From Podarcis cretensis (Eukaryota), in the NCBI GenBank assembly GCA_951804945.1, contig OX638153.1:38440001-38504000 (forward strand): a stretch of 64,000 bases of DNA. The letters are read 5' to 3'. This document shows positions 38,244-52,344 of this stretch, piece after piece. The translations under genes and the position numbers were made by a program. The first letter of the stretch is position 1. Each line of letters begins with the position of its first letter. Under the pieces are notes generated by a model, which was not told where the DNA came from, ran no database searches, and worked only from the letters and a program-made list of their open reading frames with translations.

Positions 38244-41204
38244 TACCGTGCTGCACACCTCCTGCTCTTGAGCATGCAATGCTGCTTGCCTCCTTCCATT
38301 CAAATAAGAGGACTGGTTTCAGATTTCATTGTGTGGCTTAATTCTGTTAAAGGGAGAGTTGCTTAGTTCCTACTGGTTCTTCTGTGTGAAAGGAGCTGCA
38401 GGGTTCTTGCCAGTTGATATCTTAAAAGTCAAAGAGGTGGACAGACAGACTTCTCTTGAGACATTTATGTCTGCTAATTGTAGTCTATTATTGCATTCCA
38501 TGAAGTAAGTGTAAAGTATAATTAGATGCTTCTGTGGTGCCTAATGACAAATATGGTAACCTATATATTGCTATATAGGTTACTACATTGACTTTCTGAA
38601 ATATAGGTGTTAGACTGACATGCATGACAAGTCACTTTTCCATTAAAACAATGAAGACAAGCTAACATATAGCATTTTCCTTCTAAATAATGAGTGACAT
38701 CCAGTTGTGGCTGCCATGGAATGGACTTCCACTGGTGCAACAGTATTTCCCCTTCCTTTCTTCTTACTTATTACCCCCCCCCTGCCCCCCATTCTCCAGG
38801 AGTCCTTCAGAGCAGATTTGGGGAGAAAGTAGATAAGAGGGAAGTCCATTCATTAGATGTTGCCCAATGTTTGCAGTACTCACACTCTAAACATTGACAT
38901 ATCTTGTGTTTATGTCAAGAGTAAAAGAAAATAAAAGTAATTTATAAAGCACATTTGATTTTGACTCAAAATAGATACATTGTACAGGCAATATTAATTT
39001 AACCTATTGGTTCTAAAATATGATCAAAACCTTCCTTTTCTTTAAATATCCTATTAAAGTAAAAGCCAACATAAGAATTTATTATTTTTTTTGTAAAAAG
39101 AAATGTGATTTTTCAACCAAGAAATGGCTTACGTTGATGAGGGATGGATTTATGACATGAGAATATTCTCTGAGGGGGGAGCCTAGTACTCATTCCATGG
39201 TTCATTTAGTAGGTATGTTAATAGTACGGACTTAACTTGTTTCATAGTTTGTGCTTCTGGAAGTTGGAGGTGGTGTGGCTTAATTTCCAACAGAATTCTT
39301 AGCATTGTCATCAAATGACAGTTCCAGATTTATTGGGGAGTATGCATTGATAGTTCCATTGCGTTCAGACTGGGCTATTATAAGTCAGACTTGTTCGGGG
39401 TTGCTTTTGAAAATGGTTCAGAAATTTCAACTTTACGAAACACAGCTGCCCAGTTGCTTGACAGGATCAGGCATTTGGAACACATAACACCTGTACTGTA
39501 CTATATAATACTGCCTGCCAATTCATTTCAAGGCCTGTGCTGGGTTTTATTTTGAAATACTGCTGCTTTGTTTTTGCAATTCTAATTAAATAGCTTTCAT
39601 CATTATGGTTGTTTTGAGCCATATTTGTATTAAGTTATTGTAAGCCATGTTGTGAAGGCTTTTTTTAAAGAGCAGCATATAAACTAACTCAGAATAAAGC
39701 TAATTTAAGTTTATAGTATGACTATGCCATCCATACACCTGGGAGCTTTACTAAATACTAAGAACACCAAATGGCACGATTATTATTTTAAAAATATGTT
39801 GCCAAGTATTTTCCCATAAAAAACAATTGGGCAAATTTGTCACACCTTTTGCTATTTGGTGTTGTTTGAAATGTTTTCATTTTGTAGCTTTAACTTGGCA
39901 TGTTTACTTTAAATGATGTTGCAACTAGATAAGGTGGCAGTTCTAAAATTACATATACATTGCAAAAACTCTTTAGCTGCCTAAATTTAAATATTACATT
40001 TAACTTACCCTGTATGAACTATGAAAACATAAAGATGCTTGTTAATACCTAGGTGAGGGTGATGATCTTAAAGGAAGACTTTGTTTTTCATCATCATCAA
40101 TACATGCTTTGCAAATGGTCTCAAGAAGAATTTAAAGAATGTGGGGTGACGTACTGAAAAATTGTGATTATTCAGTCATATTCAGAATTTGTTATCTTTC
40201 TATGAGAATCCCACAATCTGCATGTGGCAGATTTCAGTCTTCAAGGCACACAGATGAAAGGCAAATAAGGGGTCCTTGCTGGAAAAAGGTTTTGAATCCT
40301 GCCTTTTTTGTATGATGTCCTATTTAGAATTGGTGCTTCAGAATATACAAAATATTATTTGATAGTGTCAGCTGCAAGCACTGAGAAGGAACCTCATTTC
40401 TCTACCTTTCCCAAATAATTTGTTTGTAGTAGCTGACTGCTTCTCTAAATGAAAGTCAAGCTGCTGTTCCCAATTATTACCTTATTTAGATGTTGCAGTA
40501 TTGACATAATTAAGTATCCCTTTTGGCTCAAATATTATGTATTAGAGGGCAACATTTCTTGTAATGCTTCTGCTCTTGAGTTATTGCCAGGATATCCAGA
40601 GCCTTAGATTTTTTAGATAAATCTTATAGTTGGAGATCATTTAAAATATGTGTGGCTACTTTAGTGTCATTTTCATTACTTCTGCATATATCTTTGAAAA
40701 ATATGCAGTAAGTTTCTAAACGTTTGAATGCCCATCATGCCTCTTGGATTAGGCCTATAGGGGAATAGTTCTGAAATCCTGAGTATACACAACAGAGTAT
40801 GGCACAACAGATGTGAGCTGGACCTAACTTTCAGTAATGTTGACTACAGACTCTTAATGCTAAGAGTGTATATTTAAGAATTTAAAAATATTTTGTATTA
40901 TGATTTATGTACTTTGAGGAATTAATGCTGTGCAGCTCTATCCTAGACGATGTTAGTATTATGCCATATGTTGCTCTAAAAATACCTTGCTTATCAAACA
41001 AAAAAGAGAGCAAGCAAACACAATATCTTGGCTACCATTTGCTACTGAGCAGCTTGGTTCAGCAGGAACTCTACACATGTCCTGGCACTAAAACTATTTT
41101 GCTTTCACACTGTGCGTGTAATATATTCTAACCTTTTAAAAAAAAACCTGGCTAGTGTTTGAAAGTAATAAGAGAGCTATCAGTTGTTTTAAGGTGAATA
41201 AATT

Positions 41205-41370
41205 CAGTATAGTGTGGAACAGTGGACTTAGATCCAGATTCAAATTGCTGCTCAGCTGCAAAGCTTACTAGCTGAGCTTGGGCAGTCATTGTCTCTTAAC
41301 CTAACCTACCCCACAGGTAATAAAGTGAGAACATCACGTGTGTTGCCCTGAGCTCCTAGATGAGAGGAAT
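41205..41370 (+). mobile_element. Degraded MIR/CORE-like SINE
   Basis: CAGATTCAAATTGCTGCTCAGCTGCAAAGCTTACTAGCTGAGCTTGGGCAGTCATTGTCTCTTAACCTAACCTACCCCACAGG. Confidence 0.55.
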
Positions 41371-42131
41371 CAAAATGTACAGCCAGGTCTATCATTTTGG
41401 CTTTAAAACAGTCCTTGAAAACCTATTTATTCCAATTTGCTTTTATTTTGGGGGAAAACAATCTGAGATCTTGGGCTGCTTTTCTGATTTATTGCTGTTG
41501 GTTTAAAATTCTGTTTTTACTAATGGTTTAATTAGTTGTATCAGCTATAGGGCTGGACTCTGTGTTGGTTTTAACTGCTGAAATCATTGTATTTTATGAG
41601 AGCTGTATATTTTAATGTAAACTGCCTTGGGGGGCTTTTTTCCTGAAAGGTGACCTAGGAATAGTTAACAAAAATATTAATAAAAATAAATGTGATAATT
41701 ATATTATTGTTACTTGTTACAGATACAAAGCAATATTCTGGGTTCCTTCAAGCTACAGTTGATTATTACTTATTAGGAAAAGGTAGTTAAATGTTTAGGA
41801 TGATGGCTTTAACACTCCTTATACAATAGTTCTGTTGCTTCTTGATAATATAGTAGCAGATGCTGTTGAAGTAGTCATCGTATGGAAAAATGATGGATGG
41901 GTAGGTTAGAGTGCTGGTTGAATAATTTTTCATGTTGCTTAAACTCAAACATAAAATTAATTCCATGCTAATTTCCACAGTTCATTTGTTGTTGAGACTA
42001 GAATATTAATTGATGCAGCAGTTTTTAAAATGACTAAAACTGATGATTTAATAAGTACATTTAAATATAAAAATAAAGAATTGGATGCAGCTTTTAGAGA
42101 ACACTACTTGTTTTGAGAGAGGTTTTAAATA

Positions 42132-42282
42132 CAGGCAGTGACCATTTTGCACGTGTTTTATTGGCACACAACCTCTGATGCACACCCTGTTTTTGACCCT
42201 AGAACAGGGCGGGCTTATTTGCACTCCGCCAGTTCATGTGATAACCCAGCATGCAATCCCTGCACAAATGAGGAGTTGCCTG
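42132..42282. mobile_element. Short Tc1/mariner-type MITE
   Basis: Imperfect TIRs TA-CAGGCAGT..ATTTTGCA / TGCACAAAT..AGTTGCCTG-TA. Confidence 0.6.
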
Positions 42283-44000
42283 TAATATTAATATGACCCT
42301 TGGTACAGATGTGTATCTTAAAATGCTATGTCATAATAATAAGCCCTGTTCTAATGTCAAAGGCTAGTAATGTGGCTTGTGCATTAGTTCTAAAGCCAGA
42401 AATAAATTGGTTATCATACCATACAATACTGTATTGTATCCAATCCCAGTTTGAACAATATGTGCCAGCTGACTTCCAGTTAAGATGGTGATCTGAGGAG
42501 CAGTGATTCCACAAACTCCAGACCTAATTTTTAGCCAAAGATATCCTGCAGTGGAATTGTTTCTTCTCTTTTCCCGTAGCTTATAATTTTTATTTTGTCC
42601 TTTTGCTGTACATAATCAACTTCACTTGGAGTAATTTATTGTATGTGGGGTTGTTTCCTTTGTGCTTGTGGCTATGCTGTGAAAGGAGCCTAAGAAACTG
42701 GTGGACTCACAGCACATGCTGAGGAACACACCTGAAGTTGAGCCTTTAGTTGCTTCAAGTTTCACTGAAGAGATTATGGATCTTTAAAAAATTATCTGAA
42801 TGAATGTGACATCTATCAAATCTTCAATTCTGATGCTGCACACTTCAGCACATCAGATTCAATAACATATGGTCACCACTGGGTATTGCCTTTCAGATGT
42901 GCAAGGCCGGGAAGATGAGACTGTATTCCCCCTTTATATCCTTAGAGTGGATAATTTAGCTTTACATGCTAAATAGTTGGACTTGGTGGGTAGGTCTCAT
43001 AGTAACAAATTAAGAATTATGGGGGTGAGGGAGAGATTGGTACAGGGGAACCCTATGTTTTTGTGGCAACCCTGCTAACAGTTACTGGATTTCTTGAATT
43101 GTTCTATCTTACGGTAGATAGAATGTGCAAAGCACATCCCAGCCCCCAGCCCCCCCCCCAGGAAGAGAATATGTCAATATTTTAAGATATCTAATCAAAT
43201 AGGATTTGTTGTGGAGTGCATGTGAGAAGTGGGTGATGAAGTGGGGGCCAAATGTGGATGAGATAGTTTGTTTCTGGATTATGTGAAGGAGGTTTTTGAG
43301 GCCTGGCAGACTTGTTCCAGTGTGAAGTACATGGCCCAGGAGTGTGACATTACCTTCTTTATTATATTTCCTGCTATTTTCTGTATGTGCATCAATGGGC
43401 AAGTCAAAATTTCTATGAACCAGCAGTGCTGAAGGACTTTCTGCTTATGCTTGATATTCCACTGGAAAATCCTGTACTGTACAGGAATAAGTTTCTGTGC
43501 AGGCCTGGCCTTTAGTTGCTGTCCAGCTGCCTTATTCTACCCAGGTTGATTACATCAGCTGTCTTCTGCTGAGAAACACTGTAGACCTGGTTCCTGCAAA
43601 CTTAACTATAGCCTAGGTTTAAACAGTTCCTGAAGTTGTCTGTGACTATGGGCTTCCTCATTTTGAACACAGGCATTGCATGGACGATAATTCTGTTTGT
43701 TAGATTTAAGTTTGTTTTGGATCACCATGTTGTCTCCCTCTTTTTCTTTAGTGTGAAATAACACATTCTGGCAATCCCCATTGATCTTCTGGTTTCCCCT
43801 TCCTTCTCCTTCATATACACAGCAACACATTTGCTTTATTTTAGTTATATTATACTGTTTTGTTTTACCCTGTGTTACTTTATAACATAGGAGAGAGGAG
43901 TTGATGGGCTTTTACTTAGCACACCGTGTAGCTCTTTGACAATCCTGCTATCCCTGTTAATAAACAGGCTCTTGGAAAAGAATCATTTATTGGTTGTGAA

Positions 44001-44065
44001 GGGCCATACCTCAATGGTATAGCATTTGCCTTGCATGTGGAAGGTCCCAAGTTTAGTCTCCATCA
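44001..44065 (+). mobile_element. tRNA-derived SINE head (Squam3-like), degraded
   Basis: GGGCCATACCTCAATGGTATAGCATTTGCCTTGCATGTGGAAGGTCCCAAGTTTAGTCTCC: decayed A and B boxes; not a functional tRNA. Confidence 0.6.
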
Positions 44066-44198
44066 TTAAGGAGGTCTGCTATGCATGATGCTAGAATTGG
44101 TTCTTTAGCATTGCAGCACCTACCTTTTGGAACTCCCTCCTATTATATATCAGACAAGTGCATTGTCCAGTGTCCTTCTAAGCCTTTGTGTGGTGAGT

Positions 44199-44437
44199 AG
44201 AGCCAGTGTGGTGTAATGGTTAAGAGCAGTAGACTCGTAATCTGGTGAACCGGGTTTGCTTCCCCGCTCCTCCACATGCAGCTGCTGGGTGACCTTGGGC
44301 TAGTCACACTTCTTTGAAGTCTCTCAGCCTCACTCACCTCACAGAGTGTTTGTTGTGGGGGAGGAAGGGAAAGGAGAATGTTAGCTGCTTTGAGACTCCT
44401 TCGGGTAGTGATAAAGCGGGATATCAAATCCAAACTC
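44199..44437 (+). mobile_element. tRNA-derived SINE (Squam2-like), full length
   Basis: A box TGGTGTAATGG, B-box-like GGTTTGCTTCC, CORE-like body, end GGGATATCAAATCCAAACTC. Confidence 0.85.
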
Positions 44438-45645
44438 GTTTTAAGTGGACACTTGTATTCCTGTTAGTATCTGTTGGATTTGAACTGATTTGGATATGTG
44501 TTGTAGCTTTACATTGTTTTTATATTTATATAATTATTCCAAAGTTGTTTTATACTGGTGCTCAGCAGTGACTTGTGAGGATGTCACATGCCCTCCCTTT
44601 TTTGTTTCTTTTCATGGGAAACTGTACTTATGTTACCTAGGTTCTTCCATGAGAAGCATGCTCTTGGGTATGTTTGCATAAAAATTGGGGACAGAATGGT
44701 TCTTTGGGGAAAAATGGGCTGAAGAGGGACTGTCTAGCTTAGACTGGCTGGTGAGCCAAGATCACAAATCCCCGGGCATGATTGCCCCAGTGTAACACTC
44801 AAGACCTACAACTTATTCCTTCAGGGCATTGCTAGGCAAAACCAAATTAGATGCAACTGAGCTGAGGGGACAGAGGGACAGAGACCTGGAATATCCCATG
44901 CTTGAAAGGAAATGGAAAGTTGTATAAGGTTGTGCTCCATGGGCCAACCAAAACTTGTTTTATAGGCATGTTGGATTTACCACTGCCTTTTCCATAAGCA
45001 TATACGTCACCTGTAAATGTGTGTTGGCACTGTGGAATATAATAGGCAACACTGAAAAACACAGTCTTGTCCTGTCCTGTGATGGTGCTATTTTGGTCAC
45101 AGGTTATCATTCTTTTTAATCTGCTCTTGGGAAAACCTCTAAAATTTTCAGGTGCTGGTCTCATATTCAATTATATCCCAGCACTGTAGAATCTGACCAG
45201 GGGCAATGAAATTGGGTTCTATGTCCCCTTTTGGTGGCCAAAAGTATTCTAAGGAATTCACCATAGCCACAATCATTCAGGGATCACAAGACTTGTCAAC
45301 TCTTGCCTAGCTTGAAAAAGTGACCTTTGGCAGTAGTAACAGATACACAAGCACACATACATTTGGTCTTCATATATAGTACTATTTGAATCAGGTAGGT
45401 TCATCAGCCTTTCTGGACCAGTGGACACATTTTTAATTTTGAGAGGGTGCTGTGGATGCCAGTCACAAAATAGCTGCCATGGAAGTGTAGCATAACAATA
45501 AATTAGACAGCACAGTCCTGGCAAAGCTTTTCCCATAACTATATTCCATACTCAAGCCATGACTGTACTGTCTAATTCATATATGAAGACCAAATGTCTG
45601 AGTGCCTGTGCACCTGCTCCTACCTGCCCAAGGCCACTTTGGTTA

Positions 45646-45917
45646 AAGAAGAAGAAGAAGAGGAGGAGTTTGGATTTGATATCCCGCCTTTCACTCCCTT
45701 TAAGGAGTCTCAAAGCGGCTAACATTCTCCTTTCCCTTCCTCCCCCACAACAGACACTCTGTGAGGTGAGTGGGGCTGAGAGACTTCAAAGAAGTGTGAC
45801 TGGCCCAAGGTCACCCAGCAGCTGCATGTGGAGGAGCGGAGATGCAAACCCGGTTCCCCAGATTCTACCGCTCTACCCGGTTCTACCGCTCTTAACCACT
45901 ACACCACACTGGCTCTC
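45646..45917 (-). mobile_element. tRNA-derived SINE (Squam2-like), full length, inverted relative to 44199-44437
   Basis: Reverse complement of the 44199 copy with a (TTC)n tail and a small internal duplication around TTCTACCGCTCT. Confidence 0.88.
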
Positions 45918-47701
45918 TAGAACCAAAGGCACTAGAACCTGGTTTTTCTCCAATACCAACCCCTAAACCAAAGCCTAGACTGCCCCATTAATCACGGAGA
46001 CGTACTTCTGTGTAGACAGTTCACTGCACACTGAATTGTTACTAAGTGCCTGGTCTTTAGCTCCTGTGCAGCATGAGACATCCTAATATTCTTTGCAAAG
46101 TTTTCATATTTGCCTTGGGGGGGAGTTATTTAACATCCATCTACACTTATTTGTGTAGTATTATTTGCAGAAAATAACTTCTAGGGACCTCCTGATCTGA
46201 AATGCATCAACGGCAGGAAAGTTTCATCCTGGTTGCTAGTGAAAAAGGAAGGAGGGCAAGCTACAGAGATTCTAAGGACTAGAAAGTAAGACAGAAGCAG
46301 GAAAAATGCACTAAAGAGTAGGATAAAACAGAAGCTCTTTAGGACCCCGGGGATTCCTGATGCCTGATGTCCAAACAATTATCAATCCCAGCTGTGACTT
46401 ATTTGATTGGCAAAAACAATGACAGATGGAAGCAGGCAGCCTAGGTCATTTCACAGAAGTCACTTAGAAAGGTAGTTGCATATTTTTCTTCATAACTTCC
46501 TTTCTAGGAGGGCTAGATATTTACTTCTCTTTAAAAAAAGAAAGAAAAGGGGGGGGGGAAGTAAAACTCCGCTGTGCCCTCCACTGGGGCACTAATGATG
46601 GCCTTCACAAATAAGAGTGTAACCCTATGACATGGTATAAGTAGCATTTCAGCTGGAGACTTATACCAGCTTGCCTCTTTTCTCCCCCGTTTTATAATTG
46701 TATGACAGTATATTTATGATTTTGCTTGGTTTGATTGTTGCTACTGTTTCATCTTGTGTTCATTTGTATTTTTACAAAATGAATACTAAAAAACCTATGC
46801 ATTTAAAGAAGTGTGCAAGCTGTCATTGCTGGGAGAACAGCAGCAGAAATACTGAAGGGTGCTATTATAAGTTTGGTTTGTGATCCTCTGTTCTGTTTGG
46901 ACAGAATTTCTGAAGTATATTTGGTGGGTAAAAAGTGCTTTACACTTCTCATCTTCTATTAGCTGATGAGATAGGTCAAGCTTCAGAAATGGTGACATGC
47001 CCAAGGCAACTGAGATTTGCAGCTGAGCGAAGACTTGAGCATGGGTCCTCCATAGGTCACTTGGCACTTGTCCACTTCACTGCAGGGTTAATTAAACTGG
47101 AAAATGAGTTTTTATATTGTTTGTGCCATTTGTGCCTATTGCACCAAAATTCAGTGTCACATTCTAGTGTGGGTAGGCCAGGGTTCTCTTACAATTTTGT
47201 TACAATAAAATATTTATTGTTCACATTTTCCTTTGCTCAAAGATTGTAGGTTGCTGTGTAATTCATTTACTTCTATTTAGCTGAAAATTGTCATAAAATT
47301 AAAAATATTATATACAGTTTTATAGTTCAGGTGATTTTAAATTGCTCCTTTGCAAACTCTTTTTTTCTGGTTCCATGTTAAAATAAGGAATATCTGAAGC
47401 AGCTTTCAAATGTTTTTCAGAAGTCAAAATGCGTTTTAAAATTATATTGTGATGTGTGGAATTTCATCTAGACTCTTGCAAGTGCAAAAACAGCCAAAGG
47501 TAATATCTGAATACCAAAATCTGCATTGGATCTCTTCCATGCCCAGAGGAACAGTCACCTTCTTCTGTTTACCACTGAAACAAAATAAAGATCTATTGCA
47601 GCACAAAAGCTTCAGAAGCCATGCAGAAGATGAGCAATTGCTTATTCCTGGATCTGTTGATCAAAAACCTCATCTTTATGAAAGGCATGTGTGATAAGGA
47701 A

Positions 47702-47731
47702 ATATATATATATAGAGAGAGAGAGAGAGAG
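47702..47731. repeat. (AT)n(AG)n compound microsatellite
   Basis: Read directly. Confidence 0.9.
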
Positions 47732-48087
47732 GGTGAGTTTTTCTCTTGTCACCTAAAAGTGTTTCAGTCACTGATTGGTTACTGACTTACAAGTAACAGA
47801 ATGCAGTAGAATCTGGTTTGAGACCCTTCCTTTAAACACACTTCCTCATATTCCTAGAGGTGTATACCTTTCCTATAGGAGTCTCTAACTTGATCAAGTA
47901 GGATAAGCTACATCTGGGCATGTTGTTGACTTAAATGGGGAAATGGACATTGAAGATGAGGTTAAATCCATGTTTATGGAGCATAGTGTTCCTTTATGTA
48001 CTGCATCCTCCAGATAGTGCAAAGTAGATGGACTAAGTCACATTACTTTGTAAAGAGTAGTTTGTATCATAAATGAAAACATTATAG

Positions 48088-48226
48088 GTCGGAGTAACCA
48101 ATGCAGTGTCCTCCAAATGTTGGTTGTTTACAGTTCCAATCATCCTTGATCATTGACCATGCTGGCTGGTGCTGATGGAAGAGGGGAATCCAACAACATC
48201 TAGAAGGCACCATGTTGACTGTACCT
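48088..48226. mobile_element. Degraded palindromic hAT-type MITE
   Basis: GTGTCCTCCAAATGTTGG...CCAACAACATCTAGAAGGCAC internal inverted symmetry; related fragments at about 23290-23420 and 60170-60290. Confidence 0.55.
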
Positions 48227-51200
48227 AGGCTAGTTATTTAAACTGATCATACAGTGATAAAACTGAAGCTTTCAAAATGTGCTCTTTGAACCTAGTGCAA
48301 TTTCTTGGGTGTGTGTGGGAAAGCATTATGGTTAACTGACATTGCAGATGTTCTGGTTGTAGTTATTTAAAAGCTTAAATCATACTGTTTCAGGATACAG
48401 ACTTGTGTGTACTTGTAAAACGTTAGCAGATATACTGAGAGTAGATATATGTTTGAATTCAACACTTTTTAAAATTGTAGGTTATAACAATAATAGGAAT
48501 AACCAGAAAAATATGTATTATTTTTCACTGCTTATGTTGATAAACTCTTATGTCCCTGTAGCTTTTGGGATTTCTCTTCTGGAATATTTCCTGTAGTTTA
48601 TTGGCTTGTAGGAGTTTTGGATGTTGCTACTAAAATAAGAATAGAATAAATTAACATTATGTTGAATCAGAAGGGTTAGAGGTCTTAAGATGTTCTGCTG
48701 CTTTGCCATCATAATAAAATATAAGTAAAATGTACAGCAAAGGTTTGCCCTGGTGTATGCTTTTGAATGGGGAAACTTCTCATAAGTAAAAACTTCTGAT
48801 TACTTCAGGATGATCCAAAATTTACTTCACTGGGACTGCATTTGAAGACTGATTCACCTGAATAAAACTTCAAATTCTTAACCCTGTTAGTTTTAGGACT
48901 ACAATATCCTCATTATATTGTTGGTTGTCCTGTGGCATTGGAGGTGATTTCAGCTATGTTCTACATCTAGTTGTCACGAAAGACCTCATGCAACTGAGCT
49001 GCTACAGAAGAAAGTGGCTTCTTTGCTCACAACTTCATCATTACATGATGACACTTCCTTTTGTAGCTCTGGCTTGAACTGTGATTTTTCTTTAAATTGC
49101 TTAAACACAATGAGAAGATGGATGCTCACATAATGAGTATTTTCCCACCATGAAAGAAACTAAAAGCAGGCACAAAGCCCTAAATTTTCCAGGAGTTCTT
49201 ACCTCCTCAGGCTATCCTTAGAGCTCTTCACCTGCTACAATATGGGATGATATTGGAATACTAAGTGGGTGGGTTTCAAAGAGGTTCCAGAGTGTGCATG
49301 AAATAACAATAATGTTCACATTATTAGGCCCCAGGTCAAAGTTATTAAGATGTGATGGGAGCAGATCCATAACTGTATAGGGAAAGGTTAGTGTGTTTGA
49401 TTGTAAGAGCAAAATGGGCATGTGAATGTTAAATAGAACACCCCATATTCCACCCCCCCCCCATGCGTACTCTGTTGGCTGTACTCTGAAACCAAAAGTG
49501 AGACCAGCTGAGAGAAAGAGCTTGGGGAGGACAACAGAGAGTTCAATGGCTGGCAGTGGTAGGTATTTGCAGTTTTCACCTGTATGCCACCTTTGCTCTT
49601 TAAATTGCTCCCAACTCCTGCTTTCTACATATATTGTTAAAACTTTGCCCATGAAGCCTACTTAACATTGAGTCTTCTGAGAATTGAGAATCAACAGAAC
49701 AATTATGAATGAGTTGGAAAATAAATGTTTGTTGGGAGACAGCCATGAATATTCATAATTTGAGGACAACATATTGTTGAGCTTGCATAATTAAAGTCTG
49801 TAAAATATCGATATGAGGTCACCCAGACAGGCTGTGAATGATTACTTGAAGCCTCATCAGGGTCAGTCTACAATATTTTAAGCTCATACCAATGGCTTTG
49901 TGGTGGCCAAAACCTATTTGGCTTGTAATTCATGTTCTTGTTAATCACCACCACCACCCTGCTTATTTTTATTCATTTTAAGACATTGTGGCGGCATATT
50001 TTGGCAAAGGGCCACTCACGTGACTCATTAATGTGCTGCTGCATCCCAGAAACTTGCTACATTGGCTTGGATTGTGACCTAGTTGTATGATTTGTGACGT
50101 GTGCCTAAACTGTTGTAGTAGCATTTCTTTGCTAACAGAATGGGTCACAGCTTCGCCAGCATTAAAGATCTGTTATTTTTAAGCCAAGCTATTTTATAGT
50201 CCAGGAATCTACAGATTCAAATAACATTTATCCTTCCTTGTCTTTTGAGCTTTTTAAACTGATGGCCAACTTTGGTATGACTTGTTCTTAAATTTTTGAA
50301 TATAGATGTAAATTTTACCAGTTTTAGTCAATAGAAGTAGTCATTGGCTTTTAAAAATAGATTCATGAAGCAGAATGTGTGAGCAGATTTTTATCTGAAG
50401 CTTGGTGCTAAACAAAATTTAACTGTAACCTAAATGCCACAAGTTCTCAGTCGATCGTAAAAATGTCTGCAGATAATTTGCTGGAGTGCAGTCATAAAAG
50501 TAAGAATAATGACTTCCACTTTCTCCTTTGACAAAAAAGGAAAGTACTCTGTAATATCTTTTTAATCTCCTGCAGAAATAAGTGGTGTTCATTTTTGAAC
50601 TGCTGGGTTAGGTGAGCTAGGTTAACTGTAGGTTTCTGTGTGGTGGTATACCTCTTAATCATGGAATGGAAAAGCATAGGTTTTTCAAAATTGTTCAGCA
50701 AGCATATTATGAAACTGTATTTGAAATATTGTAAACATTAAGTAGAATGAAGTGCTTGAAAGATCAGTTACAAAAACCTGCAAGCCACGGCTCCTACAGA
50801 AAGTAAGAGGACCAAGGAATGTGTGTATAATCAAAGTCACTTTGCTCCTAGGCTCTAACCAGTCCTCCTGATTCCTAGGCCTCTGACAACACTGTCCTCT
50901 TCCTGTTTCTGAGCTCTGTGGAAGGGGAAGCCCACTGTTGAGATAAGCATTATTAAAGTTTGCTAATGGTGGAAATTTCACCCCCTCTCTTCTTTCTAAG
51001 TTGCCAGGTGAATTAAACATTGAAATTGACTGCTAGGCTAGGTCATACACATCACAGATACACTAATAGAGCTTGAAGAATAAATGGCTTGGGGATCAAA
51101 GAAACAGACTGACAAAAGAAAACATTTATTTACAATGTATAACTTACTTCCACAAATTGGGTTATACTGAGCTGTACAGATTGAAATCTCAAGTTGCTAG

Positions 51201-52146
51201 ATCATGATGAGGATTTATCTTTTACTTCCAGTCCCTTAAAATATCACTGTCACCAACAGGAGGTTGGAGAAATAGTCAAATGTTCCTGTGCATTCTCATA
51301 TGAATGTGTGAAGTCTTCCTTGCCCTTGGGTTGCTGCTGAGAGCTATTTTTTCTCATTTGATTATGGGGCAAAAGTTTCCAATTCCTGAAAACTTCCTCT
51401 GGGCTAAAACAATTATAACACAGAAGGGTTTTTGTTGCTCTTTTTCTTACTGTGTACAGCAACATAATAATGAAGTGTAGTCACATAGCAGAAAATCTTC
51501 CTGCATTTGCTGGATTACTTTTTAAAAGCAATTAAAAAAAATGATTCTACGGAAAATTACAAATAATCAGGTAAAATTCTGTATTTCACTCACTCATCGG
51601 TGAAGAAAGAAAGACAAGGAATAAATGTTAATTTTCTCCTTATCTGACTCCAAGATTTTATACAATGGCTATACTGAAGACATTATTCTTTTAGACCTTG
51701 TTGAAGAAACTTTGGGGCTTGTGTGTCCTTCGTCCATGGGTGGGCAGAAAGTAGATCAGATGTAGTAGTAGGTATCTAGGCCATTTCCAATACATCTCCA
51801 AGTGTTTCAGAGCCCAAGTGTAGCAGCAACAAAACAACCTTTTGTTAAAATAACATTTAACACCTAACTTAGGCTTCTGAAATGAATATATCTTGGTGTA
51901 GCCAAGAGTGAACTTTTGTGTTGGAGGATTGTGTGCTCAGTTCACTTCTGCTACTGGTAGATCTTGGGTTATAGCAAAAGACAAAGTAAGTCTGACAAGC
52001 CTGAAATCTGCTCACCCCTGCCCTAGTCACCTTAGCATGATGGGCTTTTTGTGGCTCAGTGTAGATGCATTTTCTCTTTTTTTTTTAGTACACTACATTT
52101 TCAGGAGTTTCAGGAATATATGTGTCCTCAGGAAGCACATCCTGGG

Positions 52147-52205
52147 GTGTGTTTGTGTGTGTTTTGTGTGTTTTGTGTGTTTTGTGTGTGTGTGTGTGTG
52201 TGTGT
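52147..52205. repeat. (TG)n / (TTTTGTGTG)n microsatellite
   Basis: Read directly. Confidence 0.9.
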
Positions 52206-52344
52206 CAGCAAAGGATCTATCCCTACTGTCTTGCTTCCACCTACTTATGTTTCTAATAATGTCTCCAGTCAAGTAGTCATTGGAATGCTAGTAGCATAGG
52301 TAGTTAGAAATTGGGAATCTTCCCATTGCTATCCTAAGTGAGGT

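Noticed and set aside
44001-44065. tRNA-Ala-like sequence
   Set aside because: Cloverleaf and B box are degraded; it is a SINE head, not a tRNA gene
46573-46591. CTCF-like motif on the minus strand (CCAGTGGAGGGCAC)
   Set aside because: Mismatch at a core position; not distinguishable from chance without ChIP or conservation data
46963-46990. CTGATGAG...GAAA hammerhead-like spacing
   Set aside because: No pairing stem II closing before GAAA and no flanking helices
49830-49862. Minus-strand CTGATGA-GGCT...AGCC, hammerhead-like
   Set aside because: Stem II is not followed by GAAA; no stems I or III
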